This document shows, in pieces, positions 46,815 to 50,701 of a stretch of 50,701 bases of DNA. Position numbers and translations under genes: made by a program. This stretch comes from Bacteriovoracia bacterium. GTDB taxonomy: Bacteria > Bdellovibrionota > Bacteriovoracia > Bacteriovoracales > Bacteriovoracaceae. The stretch's first letter is position 1. Each line of letters opens with the position of its first letter. The notes beneath the pieces are model-generated. The model was not told the DNA's origin. It worked only from the letters and a program-made list of their open reading frames with translations, and did no database searches. Where the stretch lies: the NCBI GenBank assembly GCA_046570105.1, contig JBKHVI010000015.1:1-50701 (forward strand), written 5' to 3'.

Positions 46815-47553
46815 TTCCGGAAAAACGATAAGAGTTCTTTATGTTCAGGTGAATAAAATCACCTGGTGTAGGCTCGATATAAATTTCGTCTTTTTTCCCA
46901 GGAACTAACTTCAGCGAATTATTTCCACCTGTTCCTCGCTTGTTGGAATAGAGCTTTCCGCTGGGATCATAAATGAGAATTTCTACTTCACCCTCAAGAC
47001 TATTTTTTTCACCCACTACAAAATTCACATTCATCACAATGCGATCTTCTCGACCTTTATTCTTCCCTTCGTGACTAAGAATCCCAGTGTAGCTGCCATT
47101 TATCCGACGGATCTGTGGAGTCATCTTGCGGGCATAAGGTGCTTTGGCGTAATTGACTAGATTCTGTACTGACTTCTGCGCAGGAAGACTCGCCTCTGCA
47201 TTTTTAACTTCGGCTTTCGCGGCCATGAGTTTCGCTAACTCGACTTGTTCACTCACTTTCACCGCTTCTTGCGGAGCAATTTCTTTCACAATCGGTTCAC
47301 CTAAATTCGCTACCGGCGCATCACCACTCACGCGATTGGCAAGACTGGCGAGAAATAGCACAACGGCTTTGCCGTAATACTCTTCGGCAGCTTTAAGTTG
47401 TTCTTCGCGAGGAAGCTCACTGATTTGATCAGCGCCTTTCTGTGCCCACACTCGTGACTCTTCCGTTTTCTGGGCTTCTGGTGCTGAACGAAACATCGCC
47501 GAGCCTAAGACTCCAATGATAAAACCAAAAACGAGGAGGCCCCAGGTTTTCAA
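46759..47553 (-). CDS. Membrane-anchored hypothetical protein
   Basis: 264 aa, N-terminal hydrophobic segment, TTG start overlapping the upstream stop. Confidence 0.75.
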   Translation of the reverse strand: MKTWGLLVFGFIIGVLGSAMFRSAPEAQKTEESRVWAQKGADQISELPREEQLKAAEEYYGKAVVLFLASLANRVSGDAPVANLGEPIVKEIAPQEAVKVSEQVELAKLMAAKAEVKNAEASLPAQKSVQNLVNYAKAPYARKMTPQIRRINGSYTGILSHEGKNKGREDRIVMNVNFVVGEKNSLEGEVEILIYDPSGKLYSNKRGTGGNNSLKLVPGKKDEIYIEPTPGDFIHLNIKNSYRFSGKYFDSTGKDMGKVVLRRN

Positions 47554-47987
47554 ACGTATTTCTCACTTTTTGATTTAGAAAGAACGATTTCGCCCTTCTC
47601 TTTCATTTTCAAAACCACATCCATGATTCGGCGTTGAGCTTCCATCACTTCATTTAAAGGCTTGGGTTTTCCTTTGAGAAGCTCATCCACATCGGCGCGA
47701 TTGTTTTTTGATAACAAAGTGAGAATATGATTTTTCACTTCTAAGGATGATCCGCGCAAAGCGAGACCCCAATCGTTGATATGTGTCTCAGGCCAGAGCT
47801 TCGCCATCATGGCGATGGTTAAATACTGAAGATCATCAAACGTCGTAAGACTGGCTTTCAAACGAATCGCCATCTCAGGATCTTGGCGCGCGATATCCGA
47901 GAGAATATTTTGTTGTTGTGCAAGATCAAGGTGCTGCAGCATCTCAAGGGCGGCCTTGAATCCATCGATTTTTTTTCCGCCTGCCAT
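47550..47987 (-). CDS. Stand-alone FliG C-terminal domain protein
   Basis: DPEMAIRLKASLTTFDDL, LALRG and EVMEAQRRIMDVVLKMKEKGEI resemble FliG-C. Confidence 0.75.
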   Translation of the reverse strand: MAGGKKIDGFKAALEMLQHLDLAQQQNILSDIARQDPEMAIRLKASLTTFDDLQYLTIAMMAKLWPETHINDWGLALRGSSLEVKNHILTLLSKNNRADVDELLKGKPKPLNEVMEAQRRIMDVVLKMKEKGEIVLSKSKSEKYV

Positions 47988-47989
47988 GC

Positions 47990-48979
47990 TTATACTCCTA
48001 GATAGGGATGCTTCTGATTCAAGTGATTTTTCACATAATCACCCACCGCTGCTTCAAGTCCCATGAACTTAAATTTCGGCAGTGCTTTTTTGAGTTTCGC
48101 CATATCGGCCTCAGTAAAATACTGATACTGAGCGCGAAGATTTTCTGGCATCTCGATGTAGCGAATGTTGGGTTCTTTTCCTAGGCCTGCGAAAGTAGCG
48201 CGCGCGAGATCAGCAAAGGTGCGAGCTTCACCGGTGCCAAGATTATAAATGCCTGAAAGAGATTTTTTCTTTTTGCCGGCATTCATGAGTTCAACCATGG
48301 CGCGGCAAACATCTTTCACATAAACAAAGTCACGCTTCTGCCCACCATCGACATAACCTTCGCGATGAGACTTAAAGAGCTTCACTTCGCCCTCGGCTTG
48401 GATTTGTTTGAAACCGTGATAAACCACTGAGCTCATTTTGCCTTTGTGGTATTCGTTCGGGCCAAAGACATTGAAGAACTTCACACCAAACCAGCATGGC
48501 GGAGTTTTCGCTTGCTGGAGCACCCACTGATCACTCAATTGTTTTGACCAGCCGTACTTGTTCAAAGGTTTGAGTTCCGGAATTTTTTTTTGATCGTCTT
48601 TGTAGCCAAGCTCTCCATCACCGTAAGTGGCAGCCGAACTGGCATAAACCAGGGGGACTTTTTTCTTGGTGCACACTTCAAACAACATATTGGTGTAGAG
48701 CGTGTTGTTGTCGTAGAGAAAATCCATGTTGGTCTCGGTGGTATCCGAGCAAGCGCCCATATGGAAGACACCTTTGATGGCCAGAGGTTTTGTCCAAACC
48801 GGGTGATTCCACAATTCTTCCGGCAGAATAATGCCACTGAATTTGAGGTCACGAAGGTTAAGCCACTTGTCACCAGACTCCATGCGATCGACCAAGAGCA
48901 GGTTTGTGATACCCAACTGATTGAAATGCCATACCAATACACTTCCAATAAACCCTGCTGCGCCCGTGATGATGTACAT
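47990..48979 (-). CDS. hldD: ADP-L-glycero-D-manno-heptose 6-epimerase
   Basis: ITGAAGFIGS, HMGACSDTT, YASSAATYG, PLNKYGWSK, FNVFGPNEYHKG, YQYFTEA; start moved to ATG 48979. Confidence 0.95.
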   Translation of the reverse strand: MYIITGAAGFIGSVLVWHFNQLGITNLLLVDRMESGDKWLNLRDLKFSGIILPEELWNHPVWTKPLAIKGVFHMGACSDTTETNMDFLYDNNTLYTNMLFEVCTKKKVPLVYASSAATYGDGELGYKDDQKKIPELKPLNKYGWSKQLSDQWVLQQAKTPPCWFGVKFFNVFGPNEYHKGKMSSVVYHGFKQIQAEGEVKLFKSHREGYVDGGQKRDFVYVKDVCRAMVELMNAGKKKKSLSGIYNLGTGEARTFADLARATFAGLGKEPNIRYIEMPENLRAQYQYFTEADMAKLKKALPKFKFMGLEAAVGDYVKNHLNQKHPYLGV

Positions 48980-49088
48980 GAAATGATCCTCTTTTATGTC
49001 TATCATCCTAGCGCATTTGAGCTTTAAAAAAAGGCCATTTTTCAGTATAACCTCGCCTACTTAACATTATGCTTCAAGGATAACGCCC

Positions 49089-49946
49089 ATGAATGTCGAC
49101 GGATGGAAGATCGAAGAGTCATTTCGTAACACTTTTGCCATGGGTTTTAAGGTCACGGCACAGCTTCATTCTGAAAAAAGTGAATACCAACAGATCGATG
49201 TAGTGGAAACCGACGCAGTGGGACGCCTTTTGCTTCTTGATGGCAAAACCATGGTTTCAGACAAAGACGAATTCGTTTATCACGAAGTCGTTTCTCACAT
49301 CCCTTATATGGTTTCACGCCAATGCAAAAACGTTTTGATCATCGGTGGCGGTGATGGCGGTGTGGTTCGCGAGTTTGTGAAACACAAAGACATTCAACGC
49401 ATCGACCTAGTTGAGATTGATGAGCGCGTGATTGAAGTTTCTAAAAAATACTTCCCGGACTGCACCAGCGGATTGTCGGACGCCCGCGTCCGAGTCCTTT
49501 GCCAAGATGGTTTTGCCTTTATCAAAAAAGCCAAAAAAGAATACGACATCATCGTGATTGATTCGACGGATCCGGTGGATTTTGCGACAGCGCTTTTCAC
49601 TGATACTTTCTATCAAGACGTCTATAACGCTTTGACGGATGAAGGCATCATGCTGAATCAAACCGAGAATCCATTCTTGGACGAGTGGGGCGTAAAAGAT
49701 ATCTACAACAATATGAGAAAGATTTTTCCGATCGTAAAATCTTTCACTGCTCCGATGCTGGTTTACCCAGGAGTCTTTTGGACTTGGGGTTTCTCGTCGA
49801 AGAAATTCTCACCAACTGACATCAATCCAGTTCGCGTCTCTTCAATGTCTAAGATCGAGCGCGATTTGAAGTGGTACAACATGGACTGGCATCGTGGAGC
49901 TTTCAGTATTTCTAACTTCCATAAAAAGACCATTGGTCAGGAGTAG
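49089..49946 (+). CDS. speE: Spermidine synthase (polyamine aminopropyltransferase)
   Basis: LLLDG, DEFVYHE, VLIIGGGDGG, VEID and IDSTDP motifs. Confidence 0.95.
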   Translation: MNVDGWKIEESFRNTFAMGFKVTAQLHSEKSEYQQIDVVETDAVGRLLLLDGKTMVSDKDEFVYHEVVSHIPYMVSRQCKNVLIIGGGDGGVVREFVKHKDIQRIDLVEIDERVIEVSKKYFPDCTSGLSDARVRVLCQDGFAFIKKAKKEYDIIVIDSTDPVDFATALFTDTFYQDVYNALTDEGIMLNQTENPFLDEWGVKDIYNNMRKIFPIVKSFTAPMLVYPGVFWTWGFSSKKFSPTDINPVRVSSMSKIERDLKWYNMDWHRGAFSISNFHKKTIGQE

Positions 49947-49948
49947 TT

Positions 49949-50701
49949 ATGGAGCAAAAACTTATTCGAGAAATCGAAGGACTTGAGAGCGCTCGCCCGT
50001 TTATTGGCACGCAGTACGCTCAAGCGATTTTCTCCAACACCACTCACTTGGTGGGATTCTGTTTTGACGGCACGACGAGTTTTCGTCCCGGTGCACGTTT
50101 CGGACCAGGGGCCCTTCGTGAAGCTTCTTATGGCCTCGAAGACTATTCGCCTTATTTAGATAAGGACACGCAAGACTATAACTTCGTCACCATGGGCGAT
50201 CTGCCGGTTTATCCCTCGAAGTGGCACATCACCAATGAATTTTTCATGGAGATGACCAAGAATCTTGATTTCAAAAAAGATAAAATCAAATTCATCGTTT
50301 TGGGTGGCGAGCATTCTATCTCTTATGGCCCAATCGTACGCCACCTTGAGCAGTATCCAGACATGGTACTGTTGCATTTAGATGCGCATGCCGATTTGCG
50401 TGATGGCTATCTTGAAGAAAAGTATTCCCACGCCTCGATCATTCGTCGTGTGCTCGATCACTTCACTGAAAAGAACACGCTTATTCAGTACGGCATCCGT
50501 TCAAGCCCGCGTGATGAATTTAACTGGATGAAAGAGAATGGCACACTCATGCAGTCACTCAAAGAGTGCTGTGAGAAGCTGGAAGCCATTCCTGACTCTC
50601 GTCCAATCTATCTCACACTTGATTTGGATTTCTTTGATCCGGCCTATATGCCGGGCACAGGAACCCCTGAAACTGGTGGCGAAGACTTCCACGGCTTTAT
50701 G
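49949..50701 (+). CDS. speB: Agmatinase, 3' truncated by window edge
   Basis: Manually translated: SFRPGARFGP, GGEHSIS, HLDAHADLRD, SHAS, DLDFFDP, PGTGTPE; follows speE; not in the ORF track. Confidence 0.93.
   Translation, partial: MEQKLIREIEGLESARPFIGTQYAQAIFSNTTHLVGFCFDGTTSFRPGARFGPGALREASYGLEDYSPYLDKDTQDYNFVTMGDLPVYPSKWHITNEFFMEMTKNLDFKKDKIKFIVLGGEHSISYGPIVRHLEQYPDMVLLHLDAHADLRDGYLEEKYSHASIIRRVLDHFTEKNTLIQYGIRSSPRDEFNWMKENGTLMQSLKECCEKLEAIPDSRPIYLTLDLDFFDPAYMPGTGTPETGGEDFHGFM

Noticed and set aside
1..50701. Remaining short ORFs nested in or antisense to long genes; search for tRNA, rRNA, prophage or IS genes
   Set aside because: Nested ORFs lack motifs and conflict with well-supported genes; no tRNA, rRNA, phage structural or transposase signature was recognised by eye

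Overview
A 50.7-kb, mostly housekeeping bacterial chromosomal window. Gene content (Bd1075/Csd6-type shape peptidase, Cys-rich lipoprotein, Gld-type ABC operon) suggests a Bdellovibrionota-like predator; this is inference. It contains a GldA/F/G-like ABC operon, a DHH phosphoesterase, an AT-rich DUF3857/transglutaminase/TPR gene, trmFO, nadE, a Lys-rich nucleoid/phasin-like protein, a TPP riboswitch with a TonB-dependent receptor, a receptor-less cheA-W-B-R-Y-X cluster, a GGDEF protein, an L,D-peptidase/bactofilin operon, an M16 peptidase pair, ald, fliL, rhomboid, mce, htpG, a dksA-family gene, a RelE/HigA-type TA pair, TetR, hldD, speE and speB. The most interesting signals are non-coding or below the ORF-track cutoff and cluster at 41.8-46.8 kb. 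(1) An unannotated 24-aa TisB/DinQ-like hydrophobic peptide with its own terminator and a predicted fully overlapping antisense RNA is a candidate type I toxin-antitoxin system. (2) A sigma54-type promoter is followed by a ~150-nt leader packed with GGA-loop hairpins (CsrA/Rsm signature) upstream of the dksA-family gene. (3) A 65-bp palindromic element occurs twice, each copy preceded by a short tandem duplication, and one copy is flanked by a perfect 70-bp direct repeat. No rRNA, tRNA, CRISPR array or transposase was seen. All product calls come from reading motifs by eye; no database searches were run.
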